Origin: Eledone cirrhosa
Lineage: Eukaryota
Reading direction: 5' to 3'
Assembly: GCA_964016885.1 (NCBI GenBank)
Contig: CAXHJY010001051.1
Coordinates: 62,001-126,000, forward strand
Length of the DNA stretch: 64,000 nt
A program made the position numbers and the translations under genes. The notes beneath the pieces were generated by a model that saw only the letters and a list, made by a program, of their open reading frames with translations, was not told the origin of the DNA and did not search any database. Shown piece by piece: positions 41,421 through 53,690 of the stretch; positions within the stretch are counted from its first letter, which is position 1; every line of letters begins with the position of its first letter.

Positions 41421-42383
41421 TATATATAAATTAAAGATTTTATTTATTACATATCATTTACAATAAAAAAAAATATTTATTTATACATAGTATATAACTT
41501 TATATGTCCTGGATATAACATTAAACTACATCCAGTGGCAAGGCTCCAGTTCGGGAGTTCAGGATCTGTGAAGAATGTAGAGTTACGCCGTTAGTTGTTA
41601 TCACTCCCAGGTCTGCTCTGGCTCGGAGCAGTACCTGTTAAGGCCCCATTTATGGGTTAAATAATTACGTTATTCGAGTGGCGCCGGTAACGTATTATCA
41701 GCTACTGTAAAGAACCATGGAGAGTGGATTTAGATCTCGGGAATTTTACCCGCCCTTGATATAACTTTAACTTTGATAGGTTTCGGCCAGTATTGGCCCA
41801 GACCATGTCTAACTTAATAGCACCATTATCTACAGGCGGTGGATTGGCAGTATCGGTAGAGGGTCGGATACCATGCTTTGACGCATAGAGTTACGGCTTT
41901 TGCCATTCTGAGTTCAAATCCCACCGAGGTTGACTTTGTCTTTCATCCTTACGGGGGTCGATAAAATAAAGTACCAGTAATACACTGGGTAATTGTTGAC
42001 CTTCTGCCAAAAGTAGAAATAATTATTTACTATATATAAATTAATGATTTTATTTATTATATGTTATTTACGTGTAGGTCTCTCTGGCTTGGGGTCATTG
42101 AGAGTAATATGTGGTTGTGAGGGGGCGGGGGAGGGTTCAAAAGGTTTGAAAACCTCTGATATAATCAAAGAGATCAATTTTGTTGACAAACTAAAAGTTA
42201 TTGTGGGAAAATCTTTTTTTTTATGGTATTCTTACATCAGCAAATTTTCAACCAATCCTCGACACAGACCTCCACCCTCTTTCTCTCACGCAGCCACACA
42301 CACATATATATACACACATACACACGTATCCAGCCACCTGTGAAGTAATGGTTTAACTAGTTTAAAACTTTCCCTGCTATAGT

Positions 42384-42483
<100 letters not shown>

Positions 42484-42575
42484 TATATATCCTACCCCCC
42501 ACTCTCCTGAGCGTGAAATTAATAAACATTTATTGTACTGCCTCTCTGTTTTGTCCCTGTTCAAAAAATGTTTTC

Positions 42576-42663
<88 letters not shown>

Positions 42664-42931
42664 GGTGTTAAAGTTTGCTTGAAGCATTGTGAAATGTGTA
42701 AAATACGTAGTTAAGAAAGCCACAACAATGCAGAGGGAAATCTCGAGGTAGGAAGTGAAAGATAGATAGGAAAAACAGGTGAAAGTGAAAATTGAGAGAG
42801 ACAAAGATGAAAACAAAACAAAGGTAGAAGGGTTACCGTAGTGGTGATTTAATCCCAATATTTCGGGCTCACGCCCATCAACGGGGGAAAGTTCCAAAAG
42901 GGGGGGAACAGGCCAAGCGGAGAAAGTTGTG

Positions 42932-42964
<33 letters not shown>

Positions 42965-42970
42965 TATACA

Positions 42971-43054
<84 letters not shown>

Positions 43055-43192
43055 AAAGTTCTATTTAAATTGTTGGGATACAACAAGCAAAAGTTTTTAT
43101 GACTGAACAAGTATTAATACTCAACAAGTATTTGGAGTAAACGTTAAACATACGATATTAATAAATGGAAACTATATTTATAAAACCATATT

Positions 43193-43257
43193 TATTTCAT
43201 TATACATATTTCAAGGACACCAAGTTAAATTATGGTGTGCTTTCATCAGACAAAATA
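43193..43257 (-). ncRNA. Minimal type I hammerhead ribozyme motif
   Basis: Minus strand: TATTTTGT-CTGATGA-AAGCACACCA...TGGTGTCCTT-GAAA-TATGTA-TA-ATGAAATA. Confidence 0.7.
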
Positions 43258-43498
43258 TAATATAGATCAGTTTTATAAATAAATATTGACATACAAATAT
43301 TGACGGATAGTCAACAGTGATGGTGGCATTTTTTAAGGGTATGTCAATATTTATTTATCGCTGCAGAGAGCTAAGATTACAGTTACATACTCCAGGGGGA
43401 TTACTTTGAAGGAGAAAACTCTTAGTGTGAAGTTTGGATTTTAAATAAATCTTTTGTGACATCAGTCCTGGAACTTTTCTGACACACCTCGTATATAT

Positions 43499-43583
<85 letters not shown>

Positions 43584-43614
43584 TATATATACATTTATAT
43601 ATATATATATATGC

Positions 43615-43647
<33 letters not shown>

Positions 43648-43677
43648 CATACATACACACATATACATACACACATT

Positions 43678-43759
<82 letters not shown>

Positions 43760-44237
43760 CATACACATTAAAAAAAACCTTGCATATTTATATAATGACA
43801 CATCTGTAAATATATAAACACCTATTGTTCCAACGATCTCAAGAATTGTGTAAAAAAAAAAATTAGAATAACAATACAACCCAAACCGGAATTCCTTAAT
43901 TCAAGAATACAATTCTTTTAATACTAAAGATATCTTCACTAGGATGTTATTTAAATAATGTTTATATATTCTCACTCATTCGTTTTTTAAGCTTTGAAAC
44001 TGTATTTTAATTAATATGTAATGTGACGGTAAATGAAAATAGAGAATATATTTATCTTGATAAAGACAATCGTTTTCTTTCTGGTTCAGTTTATTTTACT
44101 TTCTCAGGCAGTTTTTTTTTTGTATACCTATCATCATCATCGGGATCATTGTTATCGTCGTCATCGGTAGAGTGAGAGTCATCGTCACCGTCATCAGAAT
44201 AATTGTCATCGTCGACTATATATATATATATATGCTG

Positions 44238-44268
<31 letters not shown>

Positions 44269-44290
44269 GCTGTATATATATGTATATATG

Positions 44291-44361
<71 letters not shown>

Positions 44362-44541
44362 CCACTTAGTCCAGAATTAGCCGTCGAAACGGCTTGAGCT
44401 CAGCTGTCGGGGTCTTACTGGTTCCTATTACCCACTCTACTACCTCAAGTATTGAGTACTTTGGTGCGTTATGGTCCACCTGGTTCCTTACCACATTTCC
44501 TTCGTTATGTATATATATATATATATATATGTGTATGTATG

Positions 44542-44575
<34 letters not shown>

Positions 44576-44956
44576 TATACATATATATCTATAAAAGAAT
44601 TCTATAGACTTCAGAAAGAATTCTATAGACTTCTGACTGAGGAATGCTCTCAGAACTGAACAATGGGAAGTTTGACACATTTTTTTATTTTTTTATTTTT
44701 TGATATTTTGTTCCTTCAACACCTTGTCCCTTCTACCATTTTATCAATTTTTAAGCTAACTCCAACAATGACAACACTAATAACTGACCAATGAGAGGAG
44801 AAGGGGACCTGTGACACGAAAATTCGTTTGTTTGAATTCATATGACCCCAGTTCCCCAGTGAATTAACAACCCAGCAAGGAACTGGGCATATCAGAGTAT
44901 TGACAATATCATACACCTAAACAACATATGTACTTGTCTATACCATACTAATTCAA

Positions 44957-45011
44957 ACTGCCTGAAGAGGTCACAGCCAAAGATGGCTGTCACTGAAATA
45001 TATATAGCAGT
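44957..45011 (+). ncRNA. Minimal type I hammerhead ribozyme motif
   Basis: ACTGC-CTGAAGA-GGTCACAGCCA(AAGA)TGGCTGTCACT-GAAA-T(ATAT)A-TA-GCAGT. Confidence 0.8.
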
Positions 45012-45184
45012 AATAAACGAAGCTAAATTTTAATCATTTGACTTTTATTTAACTTTATTTTACACTACTCCGGAGTAACCAAACCAACCTGCGCACTTCG
45101 TTGAGTGCTCCAGCCTGCATACTGAGGTGTTGGTATACAACCAACATAAACTCAAAATCATATATATCTATATATATATATATA

Positions 45185-45219
<35 letters not shown>

Positions 45220-45479
45220 GAAGGAGTTGTGGTAAGGAACCAGATGGACCGTAACGCACCAGAGTACTCAATACTTAGAGTAGTAGAGTGGGTAATAGGA
45301 AAATGTATGACCCCGACGGCAGAGCTCAAGCCGTTTCGACGGCTATTTCTTGACTAAATTAGAATTTTTAGCCTCGTTTTTTATAAGTATTTTTCAAATT
45401 TTTGGATGTCAAAATCATGGTGCGTCCTTGAGGACGAAGCGTGTTCGGCGCCGGGAAATACGGTATATATATATATATA

Positions 45480-45556
<77 letters not shown>

Positions 45557-47159
45557 TTATATATATATATATACTTATATATATATATATATACTTATAT
45601 ATGTATATATACTTATATATCTAGGGAGTGTAACGTGCAGTTATTGTAGGTTCACCCGAGTGAGCATTCGCTACGTAGTTTCCAGTCGGTAAAGAGGTGT
45701 AGAACTTCCAGAGTCGGGATAGATCGATACGGATCGAACCTTGAGCTGATCAATAGCGAAACGCGCGTCACTACTCAATAAACGTAATGAAGACATAATC
45801 AATCGTCTTTATATATACGTATTTGCCAGTCTATATTTTACGTTATGTTTTAACGTTTATACGCATTTTTATGGATCACGTCCAATATTCACGGTTTTTC
45901 ACTCTTCGCGGGTGCTCTAGGAACGTAACCTAAACGAATACCAGGAAACAACTGTATATACAAAATAACATTGTGTTTTCTGTCCGTGTGTTTCATGCTC
46001 GTACACGGGTTGGACAAAACATGCAGTTTATTACAGTTGTCAGGAGGCCACAGAGAGTACAAGATTTCCCCCATTGACGGGATGTTAGTCCATCATAGAG
46101 ATAAACTTCCAGCTGTTGTTTGGTATTCACTGGGGTTACTGACTACGAGATTCGTATCTTCACTGGTGGCTCTCCTAATAGAGGTAACTGGTGATGCTCG
46201 TGAGGGCGCTTGGTTGTTCCAGTGCCTCAGCCTCGCCATCACCCGATGTAACTGGTGATGCTCGTGAGGGCGCTTGGTTGTTCCAGCGCCTCAGCCTCGC
46301 CATCACCCGAGGTAACTCGTGATGTTCGTTAAGGCGCATGCTTCTTTTAGCGCATCAGCCTCGTCATCACCCGAGGTAACGTCGCGAGTATGCTGGCTTG
46401 CCTCGAAAATTATTAGAGAGGTTTCCCAGTGCTCCTCGCGATACTGTTATCTTTTGCTCTGGTAGCGGCTCGGTTGTCCATCCCTTTCGCCTGCCTTTAA
46501 AGAAAAGAAAAGGAAAAACAAAAGGGTATCTTGCACAAGAATATAATACACCGCAGGTCTGGAGAATGGAGAATCGAACTCACAACTTTATAATTGTGAA
46601 GCCAACACCCTAATTACAAGGTCACACGTATTTTTCGTATCTGTCAACAAATTCCAAAGAAGACTTTAAAGGTCACCTGCCTCAGTTGAAAGACTACCTT
46701 TGTCGTTGCTGTTTATGGGCCGCCATAGTTGTGTGGGAACCTGTAGGGCTGCTAATAGGAGAAGTGTACATGAAGTCATTTCCTTTAAAAGAAAAATTGA
46801 ATAACAAAAAACACAATTTAATATCGTATTTTCTTTCAATTGGTTTTTCTTTTCTTCGTGAAACTTCGCTACGTGTAAGCATAAAACATATGGCTGACCA
46901 TCATAGAAACAATGGCTCCTTTTAACTGGAATCTGGCTACTTTTTTCTCTGACCTTCGTATTTTTTCTCATGAACAAAGCCAAGCCAGTCATAAAGATGT
47001 GAATTTGGTTTTGGTAGAACAAAAAAATGAAAGAAAAAGACATACATGTAGGACATTAAAATAAAAAGGTGAACAACTTTTAGATTCCGTAAAGAAAGAC
47101 CATTATACAAAGACGAGAGATCTGTAAAAAAAAAAATAAAATAATCCCACATTTACTTC

Positions 47160-47330
47160 TAAATAGAAATGTTTATGTACAAAACAATACACAATAGGAA
47201 ACAAAAGAAAAAGCCTTACCACTGTGAAATATGTGGAAATATATATAATTGATTACAACAGTTTAACAAAGCACAAAGAGATATAGACTACGAGAAAATA
47301 CTTTTGCTGTGAAATATTTAAGAAACTTAA
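47160..47330 (+). pseudogene. Decayed C2H2 zinc-finger array remnant
   Basis: ..KPYHCEICG.. followed about 84 nt later by a second degenerate ..FCCEI.. unit; frames disrupted. Confidence 0.55.
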
Positions 47331-47919
47331 GGTTTCAAATAAAAGCATGTAATCCTTTAACAGAAATCATAGTGCAGCTACATAGAGAAGGTTCTGAATG
47401 TCGAATGTTTTGATAATCTTTTGTCTAGGGACATTATTGTAAAGGTGACAACAAAGAAAAACATAGTACAGACTGAAGACATTTCAGCCATGTTTGACTC
47501 CAGGTGACAAATATATACGTGAAATCCTCATACGGCCCTCACACAGCCCTTGACTTCAGGTGACGAATATAAACGTGTAGCCCACATACGGCCCCCATAC
47601 AGCCCTTGACTCCAGGTGACGAATATATACGTGCAGTCTGTATACGGCCCTCACACGGCCCCCACACAGCACTCGCAAGGCCCTCAAACACCCCTTTACT
47701 CCAGGTGATGAATATATACGTGCAGTCCACATACGACCCTCATAGAGCCCTTACATTGCATGGACTTCACATGATCCTCAAACTCACACGTTTACAGTTT
47801 TTATGCAATAAACGTGGTCCTAAAAACACACAAGAACACAACATTTCTACATACTTGTGTATATGAATATATATATATATAATATATATAAACAAGAAGT
47901 CTTTTCTATCACATACATA

Positions 47920-47972
<53 letters not shown>

Positions 47973-48412
47973 AAGGTATATATTGAGTTAGGAACTCAAA
48001 ATAGTCTCTTACAACAAAATAGCTCTAAGAAAGAGATATTTCTGAGCCGTATATTATAATAGAAAATAAAAGAAAAACGAACAGACATATACATATATGT
48101 GTTCATATCGTAAGGGACCTGATTCGCTAAGGTGAAAATAATACTAACTATAGACAATTGGGTTCGCTTGTCTCAATTTAAAAAAAAATTAAGAAAATAA
48201 ATACAAACCGTAAGAGACTATTTTGAGTTCCTAACTCAATATATACCTTTGATATATTCGGCTCCGTTAATTTGTTGAGCTATTTCAAATGTCGAGTAAA
48301 CCTGGCTGCTATTTTTAGTGGTGTAGGTTTGTGAGACATGCTAGGATGCCATGTGCGCTGTTTTATATATTTTATATATAGCATACTTAGATGTGTCTAG
48401 GATACTAATTCT

Positions 48413-48488
48413 TCACCCACTGATGAGCTTGGATTGGTATTTCTATTCACAATTAACTTTGCGAAACAACAACAAGTTGTCTGGGTGA
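48413..48488 (+). ncRNA. Type I hammerhead ribozyme motif with full stem III and GUC cleavage triplet
   Basis: TCACCCA-CTGATGA-GC...GC-GAAA-CAAC(AACAA)GTTG-TC-TGGGTGA. Confidence 0.8.
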
Positions 48489-48662
48489 TTGGTAATTACC
48501 ACAATTCCGGTTTGTATTTATTTTCTTAATTTTTTCTTAAATTGAGACAAGCGAACCCAATTGTCTATAGTTAGTATTCTTTTCACCTTAGCGAATCAGG
48601 TCCCTTACGATTTGAACACATATATGTATATGTCTGTTCGTTTTTCTTTTATATTCTATTAA

Positions 48663-48713
<51 letters not shown>

Positions 48714-48714
<1 letters not shown>

Positions 48715-50167
48715 TAGCAGTTTAGCCCGGCGTTGCTCGGGTTTGTTCATTTGCTATGAAAAGTTACATACAGGTAAACGTGGCTTGAAAGCGAATAAGC
48801 TTATCAATTAAGTGCATAAAGCAGTTGAACCGGTTATTAAAACTACGAACCAATTAGCATTTTGGACAATCAATGATGGGTTAATAATCTTCCAATAGCC
48901 AATTTAGCAGACCAAAGTTGCAAGATAGTGGCCCTGATGCCGCTGGGTGTCAGATCTGACCACCATTGGTGACCCTACCAGGAAATAGTTTTCCAGACGC
49001 CATAGCTCTAACACCTCCAACACCTGCACCAACATCTATAGCACCTCTTTGTAGGCGATATTGCGTGTCATCCCTTGAGGAGTGTAAGCAAAAAGTCCAT
49101 TCCTGCTCCCTACGCGGGAACAGGCAACATAAAGTTGGCCATGGGAGAAGCATGGCTCCGCCAAATGGATGCCCGCCACCGACAATGTTTGCCCTTGTGA
49201 CTTGTTAATGGACATGGCAAAACATGGTCTCACCTGGAATTGGGTTCGCCGGAAATCGAATGGGATATCTGACGCCGAGGGGAAAAGGTTCATCCTTGGC
49301 AGTGTATTCGGCAGAATTGCCAGAAGTACAACACTATAGGTGTTGTCATATTAATATTTAACCAATTAAAGTCGTAAAAAATAAATAATTTAAACATTCC
49401 GATTCATATGTCTATAGCATTAATCTGTTATATGATGTGTTATTTTGCGGGTTGTTATTTGCAACAAGCCGATTTAAAATACCCCAGAAAAGCCGTATGT
49501 CAATACGGAACTCCAATGACTCCCCCAGCAGTTAAATTATAGAGAGGGGGAATAATCTATTATAGAGAGAGGGAAGAGCGATGGAGAGAGTAAAGCTAAG
49601 AAACTATAGGGAGGTGTGTAAAACAGTGTTGTCATATAGAGAGTGAAGAGCGATAGAGAGAGTAAAGCAGTTAAATTATAGAGAGGGGGAATAATCTATT
49701 ATAGAGAGAGGGAGAGCGACGGAGAGAGTAAAGCTAAGAAACTATAGGGAGGTGTGTTAAACCTCAAAGCATGAAGAGGGTGAAGCAGTTAAATTATAGA
49801 GAGGGGGAATGATCTATTATAGAGAGAGGGAAGAGCGACAGAGAGAGCGTTATGACTATGTTTGTTGTAGTATAAAATGTGTTGCTTATTTTTCAAAGTT
49901 TATGTCGCGTTGCTGAACAAAGTTTTGTCGCTGTAGTAGAGAGCGTGATTAAGCGTGTAAGAGAGAGGGTTACAGCATGTATTTAGTTTTATCGATTTTT
50001 TTTCATAGAAGCAGGAAATTTTTGGCAAAGTTTATTACGCTTTGACCATCGTTGGTAAATTTGGAGCACATTGGAAAAAAATCATCAAAATCGGTAGAGA
50101 AATGTGGAAATGCATAAAAATCATACACACACACAGACGGACATCTTCCGTTTTATATATATAGAGA
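48714..50167 (-). mobile_element. Non-autonomous Helitron carrying a Rep/Hel (PIF1-type helicase) C-terminal fragment
   Basis: 5' TC at 50167, 3' hairpin CCCGAGCAACGCCGGG then CTAG at 48717-48714, A|T target. ORF 49293-49036 reads RRTQFQVRPCFAMSINKSQGQTL...FSHGQLYVACSRV (helicase motifs V/VI). Internal ~120-bp tandem repeats at 49530-49850. Confidence 0.88.
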
Positions 50168-50244
50168 TATTGGAAAAAAAAGGAAACGAATGACTTCACT
50201 TGTAGTGTTAAAAAATGTATCTAGAATAGACTTTTCGTTTTTTC

Positions 50245-50323
<79 letters not shown>

Positions 50324-50469
50324 AGGGTGTTAAAGTTTGCTTGAAGCATTGTGAAATGTGTAAAAATACGTATTTAAGAAAGCCACAACAATGCAAAGGG
50401 AAATCTCGAGGTAGGAAGTGAAATATAGATAGGAAAAACAAAAGCATTGTTGTGGCTTTCTTAAATACG

Positions 50470-50550
<81 letters not shown>

Positions 50551-51540
50551 GAAAAAACGAGAAGTCTAGTCTATTATATATATATATACTTATATATATA
50601 TATTTATTAAAATAACAGATTAAAGTTTAAGCAAAGAATCGCTGCTTTCACCATTAACGGGATCTTCTGAAACTAACAAAGTCAATCTGTAAACGCAGAA
50701 CTGGATATTTCAAAAAACGTTGCAACCGGAGGAAGACAGGAAGACGATACTTTGGTTCGTGGTAACGTTCGCTGGCAAAGAACGGGAAAAAACGAATAAT
50801 ACGTCATTAATAGGAGCGGTGAAAAACAATTACGCGCAAAGACAGAACCACGTTTATGGTATAAAAGAGGTCGTAGACTAATGTTCTCTTAGGTGGTTCA
50901 TAGAGACGTCCTCTGGCAATGAACGAAAAAACGAAGATAATACGTCATATGTGTAGTGTGGAGAACAATAGCGTGCAAAGACAAAACCACGTTTATGGTA
51001 TAAAAGAGGTCGTAGACTAATGTTCTCTTAGGTGGTGCATAGAGACGTTCTCTGGCAATGAACGAAAAAACGAAGATAATAAGTCATATGTGGACGAGCC
51101 CTCTTTGGATTTTAGTCTTCAATTTTATTATTATTACTATACTTATATATATATATATATATGTAGAAGATCACGCGATCTAGCGTCGACTGTGAAGGCA
51201 GTCGATTAACTGCCCTTAGTTCTGACGTCACGTTCTGACTCAGTAGCTGAGATAACATTTGGACAATTAGAGCTCGTAGACAATAGACGTGCTATCTACA
51301 TGCAGTGATCCAAAAGCTGACATCACACCATGCGGCAGTATAGGAGCACTAATGTATTTCAATATATTCTGTAATTGTTCCTATTAAAAAATGTTTTTAT
51401 AACATAAAATTGAGGCATGTTCCTTCTTCCTTCATTGACTATGTGCCAGTAAACAATGACCACTTCGCCTAAATATATATATATATATATATATATATCA
51501 GTATATATATATAATAGAATAGACTTTTCGTTTTTTCTAT

Positions 51541-51634
<94 letters not shown>

Positions 51635-51697
51635 TATATATATAAGTATATATATATAATAGAATAGACTTTTCGTTTTTTCTATTATATATATATA

Positions 51698-51778
<81 letters not shown>

Positions 51779-52303
51779 ATATTTGGGGAGGGTCATATTT
51801 GCGTAATATTGCCAGAATTAATAACAGAACACACTCACTGTTTGGTTGGTTTTCGCTTCTCGCTGTCTTTTATATATATATATCTGCGATCTAACTTACT
51901 CGGTCCTCAATGTTGCCATTGACTGACCGGCGGTCAAAAATAATACAGATACAATATAGACAAACACATATATATATAGTTTACATAATTTACATAAATC
52001 TTTCGTTGCACATCTGCAACATCGTCAGTGGTGTTATATTCATTGTTCCTCCTGTTGTGTTGTATGTCTACGCCATTTTTTTTTGTGTTCAGTCTGTCTA
52101 TATATTTATTTATTTATTTGCTTGTTTGTTTATCTTATTTTATTTTGTCTTCTTTGCGCATGCGTTTGCGTGTGTGTATAGTGTTATGTGTGATGTGTGA
52201 CTAGTGTGTATAGTGTTGTGTCTGCTGGGTGACTAGTGTGTGTTTATGTGCTTGTGTATGTATTTATTTATCTTATTTTATTTAATTTAATTTACTTATT
52301 TAT

Positions 52304-53690
52304 TTATACTTCTCTTAGGTCAGTGTTGTTTGTTTGGGTGTTGTTGTTGTTCCACTCATTCTTTCTGTTTAGCTTTGGTCTTCTAATTTCTATTTCACTG
52401 GCCTCTCTGATTTGCCTATCTGCTGGGTCATTCCTATGTTTAGATATTATTCTAATTTCTATGTTGTCTATGTTACCGTCATGTTGTTGTCTAGCATGTT
52501 CGTATAGTACTGACCCGTTTTTTCGTCCTTTTAGTTCCCCCCAGTGTTGGTCTATCCTTTCACCTATGCTACGAGCTGTCTCACCTATGTATGTTGTTGT
52601 CGTGTTTCTGCAAGTACCCTCTGTACATCTTATGCTATAGACTACGTTTCTAGTTTTACAGTTTATCCGGGGGTTCACCTTACATATGATACATTTCCTA
52701 TTGGTACAGTGGGTTTTCTTAAAAGGGTAGGTTTTGCTGATCAGGGATTTTATGGTGGTTCCTGGCTTTTCTACCACCTTTATTTTTAAGTGGGTCTTTC
52801 TCAGGGCCTTTCTACACTGGTTAGCTAATTTCCCTCCAGGGGTGGCGTCCACAAACATGACACTCTGATATCTCTGGTTGTCGTACCATGATGTGGCCTT
52901 CCCTATCTTATGTCTAGCCCTATCTAAGCTATTCCATGATTTGCTCCTGTATAGTGGGCAAATTCCTTTCATGTCCAGTTCTATGAGGGTCTTATACTTT
53001 TCCATGGCTCCTTCGTATACTCTGACTCTGTCTCTTTGGTTGTAGCCAGAGAACTGCATGCGGTTGATGAAGTGTTAGATGTGTCCTTCCATTTCTGTTG
53101 GGTCGCACATGCTGGACACATTCTTCATCACTCGTACCAAATCTGCGATCAGAATATTAAACTTAGCACTACTGGACATTGCTGAGTTTTTGAGTATCAG
53201 GTATTTGGAGGCCATGGGTTTAGCATAGTGTGAGTGGAGAATTTGGGCTCTCTCGTCTATAGTGTTAATCCAGAGTTCTGTGTCTAATACAGGTAGTCTA
53301 TTGTTAGGGTGTTTGGAAGGGAAGTCTATAGTTACAGTTATACTCTGGTGTATGGAATTAGCTATCTGCTGGATGCTTTCCATCGTGCTACGTTCTAAAT
53401 CAAACTTGTTAGTGCTCTCTAGTGGGGGTGTTCTTATAACTATATTGATATCGTCTACATAACGAGAGTACATGATGAGGTCTATGGAGCTTTCATTAAG
53501 GAGATCTTTAAGTCTCCTTTCCCACCATACCATGAAAAGGTTGGCAACATCACCAGCTATGCTGACGCCGATGGCTGCTCCCTCATTTTGGGTGTAGATT
53601 TTCTCATTGAACTTAAATATGTGGCCCTTTAGGGTAGTTTTGATACTAGCCCCTATTGCATGTGCGACCATTTTTCTTACCTGATCAGTG
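52304..53690 (-). pseudogene. Inverted partial copy of the PLE ORF (RT C-half + GIY-YIG) with one premature stop
   Basis: Near-identical to 55481-56867; CAA>TAA at about 53075-53077 splits it into the 198- and 251-aa ORFs. Confidence 0.9.

Noticed and set aside
45739-45776. Hammerhead-like GCT..AGC-GAAA-CGCGCG-TC
   Set aside because: CUGANGA box not intact and no adjacent stem I; degenerate at best. The same applies to hairpin-GAAA motifs at about 34580-34612, 41775-41810 and 42855-42890.
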